64,000 bases of DNA from contig OY970209.1 of assembly GCA_963713855.1 (NCBI GenBank), positions 992,001 through 1,056,000 on the forward strand, given 5' to 3'. Each line of letters starts with the position of its first letter. Position 1 is the first letter of the stretch. Source of the DNA: an uncultured bacterium (GTDB lineage Bacteria > Babelota > Babeliae > Babelales > Babelaceae). Under the pieces are notes generated by a model, which was not told the origin of the DNA, did not search any database, and was given only the letters and a program-made list of their open reading frames with translations. This document shows, piece by piece, positions 9,636-18,150 of the stretch. The position numbers and the translations under genes are program-made.

Positions 9636-10814
9636 TTAAAGTTCCTCTTTTTGTTGAGGTTTTTGGCCTTTGAAAGCTTCATTAAGTATTTCTTCAAGAG
9701 TTTCAGGCCTCAGTTCTTTAATCGAATCACTATTTAGGCAATCTTGATAATGTAGCATTATGAAAGAGTGCTTTTGTTCATCACAGAAAAAGCCTGAGTC
9801 AAAAGCCACTTCATAACCTTCTAGCTTTAACATTTCGACAAGATTCATCGTATGTAGCCCGCCGATATTTAAGATTACATTTTCGGCGGCATCTGGTGAG
9901 AGAATAATCTTTAAAAGCTCGTGGTCAAGCGAGGGCAGAAATTTGTAAGAATCGAGCGCTTCTATGAGCTTTTGTGCGTCATCTATGTATCTATGGCCAT
10001 AATAGATAAAATTGTCCAAGATCGATTTTTTACCCAAAATTCCAAACTTTTTTAAAAAATCATCCCAGGCATTTTTATAAACCACAAATGTATCATGAGT
10101 TTTGCTGATTGCTTGTTTGTTTTCGGGATGAACAACGTAGGTTTCTACGTCGTTCGCCGTTTTTATCATATCATTAAGGTCTTTGATAAGATTTTGAGCA
10201 AAATTATTCGGTGACAACTTAAGCGAAGCTTTAGAAAGAGCGCGGCACTTTGTTGCAAGAGCCAAGGCATTCGGATATTTGGCTTCATATGCCTGAATGA
10301 GCATTATGAGAATTTGAAGGATATTGTCGAGGTTTTTTCTAGGCTCAATCATTTGTATGTTTTCGAGGTCAAGAAATTGAGCAAGAAACACAATGCTTCC
10401 TAGAGCCATTTGATCCGCTACCTGTTTTTCAAGATGCGTTTTTTGTTCTGCAGTGCAATCGTCAGCGGTAAATCCTTCTAAGATGCACTTGCATACGAGT
10501 GTTAAAACAAGATCCTGGTCAAGCACTTTCTTTTGATCGACGTTATCTGTAGCGAGTACGATAGTAGCGGGTCCAGATGCCTGGATTCTTTTGAAAAAAC
10601 TTTTTAGTACGAGTGCTTGATCATGGACTATCTTTTTAGCTTTCTCCATGGTCAAGTGCTTCGGTAATGACCAGGGCCGTAGATGCCGATGGCTGATACA
10701 CCAAACATACTTAGAAGATCCTGATAATTCCCTTTTTTTTAAAACGGTGACATTCACAACAGTAGCTTTTAAGGTGAGTGTTACGCATAAGCCGAGAAAC
10801 AGTAAGTATTTCAT
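9636..10814 (-). CDS. Exported hypothetical protein
   Basis: 392 aa ORF with signal peptide MKYLLFLGLCVTLTLKA; no family recognised. Confidence 0.75.
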   Translation of the reverse strand: MKYLLFLGLCVTLTLKATVVNVTVLKKRELSGSSKYVWCISHRHLRPWSLPKHLTMEKAKKIVHDQALVLKSFFKRIQASGPATIVLATDNVDQKKVLDQDLVLTLVCKCILEGFTADDCTAEQKTHLEKQVADQMALGSIVFLAQFLDLENIQMIEPRKNLDNILQILIMLIQAYEAKYPNALALATKCRALSKASLKLSPNNFAQNLIKDLNDMIKTANDVETYVVHPENKQAISKTHDTFVVYKNAWDDFLKKFGILGKKSILDNFIYYGHRYIDDAQKLIEALDSYKFLPSLDHELLKIILSPDAAENVILNIGGLHTMNLVEMLKLEGYEVAFDSGFFCDEQKHSFIMLHYQDCLNSDSIKELRPETLEEILNEAFKGQKPQQKEEL

Positions 10815-10884
10815 ATGGTGCCCTTCGTACTGATAGTACGAATGAGTATACCCTATTTGTACTTAACCGTATATTTCTTTTTCT

Positions 10885-11556
10885 CTAATCTTTTGTCTCT
10901 TTGAGCTTATGTACATAAGCTGTTGTGTTGCTTGACCAGGTCATGGGAACGGTAAGCTCTTTTACGCGCTCAAAGTGCTCGTTTTCAGGAAGTTGAGTCA
11001 GAGTGACAAGGCGAAGGCCAGGTTTTAATTGAGCTAACTTGTCCACTATTTTTTTCATAAAATCTGTTGAAAAACAGGTTGATGAAATGTAAATAATGGT
11101 AGCGTCATCTAGAGGCGTATCAAGCATACTTTGTTCTTTAAAATGAATTTCTTTTTGAGGAAGTGTGCCGTTTTGAGCTACGAGCTTTTCTCTTACTTTT
11201 TGTGCATACCGTACGCGCGAAGGAGCGAGCTCTATGCCGATGCTTTTTTTGGCCGGTGTATCAAGGTACATTTGTAAGACAAATTTTCCAACACCGCAGC
11301 CCAGATCGTAAAAAACATCGTCTTTTGTTACACCTAGCTGACTCGCAACAAGAGCGGCTCCCTCAGGGGTTATTTCCCCGTATGTTGGGCTTGATCCATG
11401 GTCTGTAACGATTTTTTGTTCGCTTGCATCAATGCCATAGCCAGCCCTATCGTCATAGAGCTTGCTAATAAGCTTCTTGGTCTCTTCTATTGGGAGTGTT
11501 AGTGCCGTCATACTAAATACCGTTGTGTACAAGATCGTTTTTACAAAACGAATCAT
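10885..11556 (-). CDS. SAM-dependent methyltransferase, DOT1-like, with N-terminal signal-like segment
   Basis: TYGEITPEG, VFYDLGCGVGKFVLQ, SIGIELAPSR, ATIIYISSTCF match the DOT1-type class I methyltransferase pattern. Confidence 0.75.
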   Translation of the reverse strand: MIRFVKTILYTTVFSMTALTLPIEETKKLISKLYDDRAGYGIDASEQKIVTDHGSSPTYGEITPEGAALVASQLGVTKDDVFYDLGCGVGKFVLQMYLDTPAKKSIGIELAPSRVRYAQKVREKLVAQNGTLPQKEIHFKEQSMLDTPLDDATIIYISSTCFSTDFMKKIVDKLAQLKPGLRLVTLTQLPENEHFERVKELTVPMTWSSNTTAYVHKLKETKD

Positions 11557-11698
11557 AAGTATACCTCGTCTGGTTTAGTTAATCCTTTACCAGTTTACTC
11601 ATTAACATTTTATAATTGCAATGATTTTTTAAAATCTGCAAGAATTTATTTTAAAAAATATAATTTATGGGTTGAACGTTTAAAAGGAGAGTTAAACG

Positions 11699-13177
11699 TC
11701 AAACGGCATAAGCAAGAGATGCCCAGAAGGTTGAATTGTGTTGATGAAATCTATGCTCAGCTGGTCCAGTGTGTGAGAATGCGTAGAGGTAACCTAAAGT
11801 GATCGAAATAGGTGCCGAAAACAGCGAAGAATCATATGAGTACTTGAATGCAAAGGAGTGCTGAATGCCGCGCGGCGACAAATCCCTTATATTTACTTTG
11901 GCTCTGCTATTTTCAATTGTTTCGTTCCGACTTTCGCTATGGGCGAATGTAGGATTGTACGAAAGAATAAAATGGTGTTTTTCATCAGGGTCAAAAGTGG
12001 TGTCAAAGGTAATAAGAAGATCGACGTAATTACCAGGCTCCGTCTTAAAATGACCTATCGGGTCCTTTCTATAATCATTAATTGTAACATCTCGTTTAAA
12101 AAAATGGAGCCAGCGCACGGCAGTATGTAGCGTATACGTCAAGTAATCATTAGGGGTAAAGAGAAACGTCGAATCAGCTCTAAGACCAGCGCTTAAATGG
12201 GGAACGACTATAAAATCATTGCTCACGCCAGAATCTTTATGAAGCCCGGAAAGGCCAAAAAGCCCTTTTAGTGAACCCCATCCTAATGGACCAGTTACGA
12301 TCTTTCCTATGCCAAAAATAGCATCGGAAAATCCAACATGCGTACGGGTAACGGTATTCGAAGCGAGCGTTTCATCATTTCGGTGAAAAAAGTGATACCT
12401 TTTACCAGAAATGGAACCAATATAATCAAGATCTATTCCAAGCAGTTTGTAATGCCACCGGAAAATAAGACCACGCTCATCTTGGTCGCAATGACCATCA
12501 AAAAAATGCACTTTTTCAACTTGTGCAAAGGGTGCAAAGGCGTAATGGGCTGTGTGTGGTACACACTCTTCTACGATATGCGGTTTTAAAGATTCTTCGA
12601 ATGCGAGTCTAAAAACGGGTGATTGAGTTGTGCTCGAAAGGAAGAAAAATGATGCTTCATACTTCAACGTATCAGTATCGTCATCCCAGTTAAAATTGAA
12701 TGAACGAAATTTGCGAAAAAATGACTCGAAAAAATCTTTTTTTGTATCTTGTTTCTCGGATGTGTCCTCTTTTTTGTTAAAAGAGGAATCCGTTTGTCCT
12801 GATTTATCTTTAAAAGGAAAATCTGAAAAAGAAACATCGCAGTTACAATAAAGGTGAGCCGAGTCCTCAGGTTGCATACAAATGCCTGTTTTTTCAGGTG
12901 AGCATGAGCAGACTTCATAGCTTCTCGAGCATTGTTCATCTTTGCCCTTGAGCTTTGCACAGGCTTGGGCCACTTTTACGTAATCAGCTGAGTTTCCACC
13001 GTTGTTAGGGTTGTCAGGGTGGGTTTTACCGAGCAGTCTTCGGCATGCCCTACCTATCTCTTTGTCGGTAGCATTTTTTGCGATACCAAGAACTCTGTAT
13101 GGGTCTATAAAAGCAAATGTTTTAAAGGAAACAAGTACCAGGAGTAGTAATAGGTTATACTTTTTGAACATCGTCAT
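11699..13177 (-). CDS. Signal peptide + DnaJ J-domain + Cys-rich linker + beta-strand-rich C-terminal domain
   Basis: Likely start 13177 or 13171; DPYRVLGIAKNAT...LLGKTHPD J-domain; C-terminal alternating aromatic/hydrophobic strands ending FWASLAYAV. Confidence 0.75.
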   Translation of the reverse strand: MTMFKKYNLLLLLVLVSFKTFAFIDPYRVLGIAKNATDKEIGRACRRLLGKTHPDNPNNGGNSADYVKVAQACAKLKGKDEQCSRSYEVCSCSPEKTGICMQPEDSAHLYCNCDVSFSDFPFKDKSGQTDSSFNKKEDTSEKQDTKKDFFESFFRKFRSFNFNWDDDTDTLKYEASFFFLSSTTQSPVFRLAFEESLKPHIVEECVPHTAHYAFAPFAQVEKVHFFDGHCDQDERGLIFRWHYKLLGIDLDYIGSISGKRYHFFHRNDETLASNTVTRTHVGFSDAIFGIGKIVTGPLGWGSLKGLFGLSGLHKDSGVSNDFIVVPHLSAGLRADSTFLFTPNDYLTYTLHTAVRWLHFFKRDVTINDYRKDPIGHFKTEPGNYVDLLITFDTTFDPDEKHHFILSYNPTFAHSESRNETIENSRAKVNIRDLSPRGIQHSFAFKYSYDSSLFSAPISITLGYLYAFSHTGPAEHRFHQHNSTFWASLAYAV

Positions 13178-13405
13178 AGGGCAAGTCTCATGTTTTATTT
13201 TGCTACACTTGTCCACATTTTACCATACTATTGTTTGATTTTCTATCAGCCTTTTTAGATTCAAAAACCTTTTTGTGAAAGATAAAAAAGTTCATCTTTC
13301 ATGGTCTTAACGTTAAAAATTGATTCGAATAGTTAAGCTTTACAAGAATAACGCTTCATGTAATATATTTCTTGCAATCAGTGATTCGTTATATTACCAG
13401 GAGGA

Positions 13406-13804
13406 ATGTTCATGAAAAAGCTTCTTATGGGTATTGCTTTGTGCTTAGCGTTCTTAGGTAACTGCTTTGTTGTGGCAGATAACATGGCCATCAAAGTTAT
13501 TTTAGAAGGCCAAACTCTTATCGATGATGAATTTCCCTTTTTGCTTAACGAGGCCCAAAGAACTGCAGTTTCTGAAACTGACGGTACTATCTATACTTTT
13601 TGGTTTAAAGTAACTGAAGATGAAAAAGCCCATGATGATGAATCAGTCATTATTTATGCAACACTCACGAAGCAAAATGTTGGCGGCAAGCTCGAAATTA
13701 TAGCAAGTCCAGTTATTTCCGCTTCTTGGAATGATCAGGCATCGATTCAAATGAGTAATACTAGCGGCGAGAATACTGCAATCATTTTAGAGCCTAAAAG
13801 ATAA
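13406..13804 (+). CDS. Small secreted protein, tandem paralog 1
   Basis: AGGAGG RBS, signal peptide; similar to 14083..14496 (MFMKK, LALCLAF, TDGxxYxFxFKVTED, YATL, GKL). Confidence 0.85.
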   Translation: MFMKKLLMGIALCLAFLGNCFVVADNMAIKVILEGQTLIDDEFPFLLNEAQRTAVSETDGTIYTFWFKVTEDEKAHDDESVIIYATLTKQNVGGKLEIIASPVISASWNDQASIQMSNTSGENTAIILEPKR

Positions 13805-13855
13805 TTGCTTTTTATTCGCCTATCGAACCGGTGACAATCTAACTTTACCTTATAC

Positions 13856-13886
13856 GAAAGAGCTGAGATACAACTTCAGCTCTTTC
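13856..13886 (+). terminator. Putative intrinsic terminator hairpin
   Basis: GAAAGAGCTGA-N9-TCAGCTCTTTC perfect 11 bp inverted repeat downstream of the ORF ending at 13804. Confidence 0.65.
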
Positions 13887-14082
13887 TGCCATTTAAAAGA
13901 TTTAATCGCCTTGCCAGATTCAAAACTTCTAGGATAAATATTAAGGTGCCATATCCCATGCTGCAGCACATATAGTCGGTGGCTTTTACTTGCGCCTAAA
14001 ACTTGCTTTCATATAATAGAAACTCGACTAAAGGCGGTATGCCGTGTAAGCTATCTTCCAAAACGTATGTCCACTTTAGGAA

Positions 14083-14496
14083 ATGTTTATGAAAAAGTTC
14101 ATAGGTCTTGCTTTATGCCTGGCTTTCGCGGGCAACAATTATTTATCTGCAGATAGCTTAGCCGTCAAGGTTGTTTTAGACGGAAAGACTATTATTGATG
14201 TCGAAAAAGTATTTTTGCTTGATCGAATTGAGCAGATAGGGATTGCTGGAACCGATGGTAAAGTCTATATTTTTGAGTTTAAAGTAACTGAAGATCTGGA
14301 CTATCGTATCGCGGAAGCCGTTACTGTTTATGCAACACTTTCAAAGCTAAGTTCCGATGGTAAACTCGATCTTATAGAAGCTACAATTATCACCACTCTT
14401 TGGAACCATCAAGCGTTGTATTCGGCTTGGGACAGTGAGGCCAATAAGAACATATCAACGTTCATCGTATCACCTAGAAAGACGATTTCTGTCTGA
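14083..14496 (+). CDS. Small secreted protein, tandem paralog 2
   Basis: Signal peptide; clear similarity to 13406..13804. Confidence 0.85.
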   Translation: MFMKKFIGLALCLAFAGNNYLSADSLAVKVVLDGKTIIDVEKVFLLDRIEQIGIAGTDGKVYIFEFKVTEDLDYRIAEAVTVYATLSKLSSDGKLDLIEATIITTLWNHQALYSAWDSEANKNISTFIVSPRKTISV

Positions 14497-14544
14497 ACTC
14501 TTTTATCTATAGGGTGGTAGCTATTTTTTAAAAGAAAGGAAGCT

Positions 14545-14919
14545 GTGCAAAAAGTGCTTATCGTTAACGTTTTATCTCCCGAAACGTACGCTGATTGCCA
14601 TATTCCTGGCTCGGTTAACGTTCCTTTGGCAAATTTGGAGCGTGAATCGAAGCTTTGGAATAAGGATCAGTCAATCATCGTCTACTGTGCGAATTATGAA
14701 TGTCCCGCGGGAAACAAAGCGTGGCATCTCCTTGACGGGTTAGGGTTTAAAAATGTGAGGGAATACGAGGGCGGCATGAATGAGTGGTATCAAAAAAAAT
14801 ATCCCGTTCAAGGCTCTTGTAAGGCTGAATATTTAAAAAAACCTGTTGCAAAAACGGAAGGCCATGATGGAAAGGTCAAGACTATAACGCATGAAGCGTT
14901 AAAAAAGCTTATTTCTTAG
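14545..14919 (+). CDS. Rhodanese-like domain protein
   Basis: CHIPGSVNVPL, IIVYCANYEC, GFKNVREYEGGMNEW. Confidence 0.88.
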   Translation: MQKVLIVNVLSPETYADCHIPGSVNVPLANLERESKLWNKDQSIIVYCANYECPAGNKAWHLLDGLGFKNVREYEGGMNEWYQKKYPVQGSCKAEYLKKPVAKTEGHDGKVKTITHEALKKLIS

Positions 14920-15368
14920 GCAATGCTCAAGATAAAGCCTATAGCTGACCCGTATAAAACGTATCTAAGCATATAAGCCACGACGCCATCGATACCATAT
15001 CCGCTTGCAAATTGGCGTAGCGGCACTACTTTTCTTGCTTTAACGCACGCATTAACGGAATCACAGTAAGGAGCAAGAAAACCGCTAATGATTGCTTGCA
15101 TTAAACCTAAAAAGCCACCCGCAATGATTGATGGCTCTATGCTAAATGTTTTAAAGACCCATACGTAGGCGTAAGCTATAGCTATGCTTGTAGCAAGATG
15201 GAGAAAGAGGGATGAAACGCCTGATAGTAGGTGACGTGGTGCAACGCTTATCATGGATGCTCTGTAGAATGGTATGTTAACGCGCGTAAGCCCAAGCCCA
15301 CGCACTAACGTGGACCACAGGTCCATCAGAATGCCGCCAACAAGACCAGCCTTGAATATTTCTATCAT
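14916..15368 (-). CDS. Multi-pass membrane protein of unknown function
   Basis: ORF 14916..15425; likely start MIEIFK at 15368 after AAGGGAAA; about four hydrophobic segments. Confidence 0.7.
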   Translation of the reverse strand: MIEIFKAGLVGGILMDLWSTLVRGLGLTRVNIPFYRASMISVAPRHLLSGVSSLFLHLATSIAIAYAYVWVFKTFSIEPSIIAGGFLGLMQAIISGFLAPYCDSVNACVKARKVVPLRQFASGYGIDGVVAYMLRYVLYGSAIGFILSIA

Positions 15369-15395
15369 AATGAATGTGTTTCCCTTGATGTGCAT

Positions 15396-15494
15396 AAAAA
15401 AAGGTGGAACTACCCAGCTTATCACCAGACCCAGCGAGCTTGGCCCTTAAGTGCCTTGCCCGTGAGCAAGCTTATAGCTTATATTCCACCATCA
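15396..15494 (-). ncRNA. Candidate structured small RNA or attenuator (about 100 nt), family unassigned
   Basis: Closing stem GGUGGAA/UUCCACC followed by U7; internal pairings AGCUUG/CAAGCU and CUUGCU-CACG-GGCAAG; directly downstream of a near-consensus promoter. Confidence 0.6.
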
Positions 15495-15500
15495 ATTCTC

Positions 15501-15528
15501 AGTATATCAGAAAATTAAATTATGTCAA
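15501..15528 (-). promoter_or_regulatory. Sigma70-type promoter
   Basis: TTGACA-N16-TATACT with TGn extended -10 on the minus strand. Confidence 0.65.
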
Positions 15529-15551
15529 CTTTGAATTTGTTGTACTCAGCC

Positions 15552-15597
15552 ACCAAAAGGGGCCAGGCAGAGTTGTTTTCGCCTGGCCCCTTTTGGT
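15552..15597 (-). terminator. Strong hairpin immediately after the dnaK stop
   Basis: Perfect 17 bp inverted repeat ACCAAAAGGGGCCAGGC / GCCTGGCCCCTTTTGGT. Confidence 0.8.
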
Positions 15598-15599
15598 CT

Positions 15600-17474
15600 T
15601 TATTTTGATTCTGAAAACTCTGTATCTATAGGGCCTTGGCCGCCTCCTTCTGAGGAGTTGTTTTGTTGCCCTTCCTTATAGAGTTCAGAGGCTATCTTAT
15701 GCCACGTTTGCATGAGTTCGTCAGTCTCTCTTTGCAGTGCATCGGCATCATTTTCATGCTCTTTTAATGTATTTTTAGCTTTCTCTAAAGCCTTTTGTAT
15801 CGTTTCTTGATCGCCAGCAGAGACTTTGTCTTTGCTTGTGCTCAGCGTTTTTTCAATTTCTAAAATGAGGCCATCGAGGCGATTTCTCTTTTCAACTGTC
15901 TCACGAATCTTTTTGTCTTCTGCTTCGTGTTCTTTCGCTTCGTTTACCATGCGCTCGATATCTTCTTTACTAAGACCGGTTGTCGACGTGATGGTGATAC
16001 GCTGTTCTTTGCCTGTTGCTTTGTCTTTTGCAGACACGTGAAGAATGCCATTCGCATCTATGTCAAAAGTCACTTCAACTTGAGGTACGCTACGAGGAGC
16101 TGGTGGTAAGCCTTCAAGTCTGAATTGACCAAGCATTTTATTATCTCGTGCAAGCTCGCGCTCACCCTGCACTACCTTAATATCAACGGCCGTTTGATTA
16201 TCTTCAGCCGTAGTAAATATTTGGGATTTACGCGTTGGAATGGTGGTGTTGCGCTCAATAAGGCGCGCGGTAATACCGCCGAGTGTCTCAATACCGAGCG
16301 AAAGTGGCGTTACGTCAAGCAAAAGAACTTCACGAACTTCTCCCGTCAATACTGCTCCTTGAACAGCAGCACCCACAGCCACGGCCTCATCAGGGTTTAC
16401 TGACTTATTAGGCTCTTTGCCAAAATAGTCTTTAACAATCTCTTGTATCTTAGGCATTCGGGTAGAGCCGCCCACCAAAATGACTTCATCAATCTTATTC
16501 GGAGATATTCCTGAGTCTTGAACTGCTTGCTTTGTTGGTTTTAATAGCCTTTCAAAAATATCACTGCACAGTGATTCAAGCTTTGCGCGAGACAATTTCA
16601 TAACCAAGTGCTTTGGTCCCGAAGCATCAGCCGTAATATAGGGCAAGTTAATTTCAGTCTCATGGAGTGTAGAAAGTTCTATCTTGGCCTTTTCAGCCTC
16701 TTCTTTTAAGCGCTGCAGAGCCATGCGGTCATTTTTAAGATCAATGCCCGTATTTTTTTTAAACTCATCAATTAAATAGGTAACTATCCTATTGTCAATA
16801 TCATCTCCACCAAGGTGTGTATCGCCGCTCGTTGCTTTTACCTCTATGACCCCTTCATTAACCTCAAGAATAGAAATATCAAAAGTGCCGCCACCAAAGT
16901 CGAATACCGCAATGGTGCCATTTTTCTTTTTATCAAATCCATAGGCTAAGGCAGCGGCAGTAGGCTCGTTAATGATTCGGCGTACTTCTAGTCCAGCTAT
17001 TTTCCCTGCATCTTTTGTCGCTTGTCTTTGGGCATCGTTAAAGTATGCGGGTACCGTAATAACCGCTTCAGTGACCGTTTGACCAAGATAGCTTTCAGCT
17101 GCTTGTTTTAGTTTTGTTAATATCGCCGCAGATATCTCTGGAGGCGTGTATTCTTGACCTTGGACCATTATGGCAACGTCTCCATTTGGCCGACGTACGA
17201 CACGGTAAGGTACTAAGCTTATTTCTTTTTTAATTTCATCATAGGTTTGACCCATGAACCTTTTTATTGAGTATATGGTATTTTCTGGATTGGTAACTGC
17301 TTGCCTCTTTGCAAGCACACCAACAAGCCTTTTGCCATCTTTAGTAAAAGCAACCACTGAAGGTGTCGTATTTTGGCCCTCTTGGTTTGGTATAACCTTG
17401 GGAGTTCCTCCCTCCATAACCGCCACTACCGAATTGGTAGTTCCTAAGTCAATGCCTATTATTTTCTTAGCCAT
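15600..17474 (-). CDS. dnaK: Chaperone DnaK (Hsp70)
   Basis: [44 protein letters not shown]. Confidence 0.98.
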   Translation of the reverse strand: MAKKIIGIDLGTTNSVVAVMEGGTPKVIPNQEGQNTTPSVVAFTKDGKRLVGVLAKRQAVTNPENTIYSIKRFMGQTYDEIKKEISLVPYRVVRRPNGDVAIMVQGQEYTPPEISAAILTKLKQAAESYLGQTVTEAVITVPAYFNDAQRQATKDAGKIAGLEVRRIINEPTAAALAYGFDKKKNGTIAVFDFGGGTFDISILEVNEGVIEVKATSGDTHLGGDDIDNRIVTYLIDEFKKNTGIDLKNDRMALQRLKEEAEKAKIELSTLHETEINLPYITADASGPKHLVMKLSRAKLESLCSDIFERLLKPTKQAVQDSGISPNKIDEVILVGGSTRMPKIQEIVKDYFGKEPNKSVNPDEAVAVGAAVQGAVLTGEVREVLLLDVTPLSLGIETLGGITARLIERNTTIPTRKSQIFTTAEDNQTAVDIKVVQGERELARDNKMLGQFRLEGLPPAPRSVPQVEVTFDIDANGILHVSAKDKATGKEQRITITSTTGLSKEDIERMVNEAKEHEAEDKKIRETVEKRNRLDGLILEIEKTLSTSKDKVSAGDQETIQKALEKAKNTLKEHENDADALQRETDELMQTWHKIASELYKEGQQNNSSEGGGQGPIDTEFSESK

Positions 17475-18150
17475 ACGTTTTCAATTCCTGCTTTTTTTGA
17501 GTTGTGACATTTTGATTATATACATTAACATCTTGTATTTTTGAGGTCAAGCACTATGCTCACATTTTTTGAGTGTGATAGACTCAACTTTTTATTTCGA
17601 GGTTAAGCAAAAAGCTGGTTGAATGGTTATCGATCAGATTAGGGTGGATAGGAATCGTTAGAAAGACGAAACGTTCGCTAAAAATCAGGGGAGTGCTGTT
17701 GAATGTCTTAACTATAATGTGTAAGCTCGGACACTGCATGCAGATAATCACTTGAAATATCTGCAAGAGTGGCGACTTCGGCAAAAATATTGAGGGCTTC
17801 ATTCATCGTAGGTATAACCCAAGCAAGGTGGTACAAAAACAGTTGAGAAAAGCAATGCACCCAGAATTGAAGATGTCATGTTTAGATCGCACATTTATAT
17901 GTTGGATTATTTAATAATGTGCATACTATTTTAATGTTTCAAGCCGATATCGACAGATGGTACATCTACGGTGGCAAATGAGGAACATGTTGGCATAAAA
18001 CGTATGGTTAATGATTTTGGTTAACTCTAATTTCGGGGGTTTTATTTAAGGCTAAAGAAGCTGGCTTGCGCTTTTTGCTTGTTTGTATAAGCTTGCGTAT
18101 GGTTAAAGGAAGCTGGCCGTTGCAGGTTAAGCTATCAGAAGGAGAAGTTA

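Noticed and set aside
15403..15491. tRNA-like reading on the plus strand (paired ends, terminal CCA)
   Set aside because: No TTC T-loop or cloverleaf; promoter and U-tract point to the minus strand.
17545..17585. Possible CIRCE operator upstream of dnaK (AAGCACTA...GAGTGTGA)
   Set aside because: Half-sites are degenerate and 14 nt apart rather than the 9 nt of TTAGCACTC-N9-GAGTGCTAA.
17584..18050. Long intergenic region between dnaK and the first propeller gene, including a 72 aa ORF
   Set aside because: No RBS-supported ORF, recognisable motif or clear repeat; may be decayed coding sequence but I cannot support a call.
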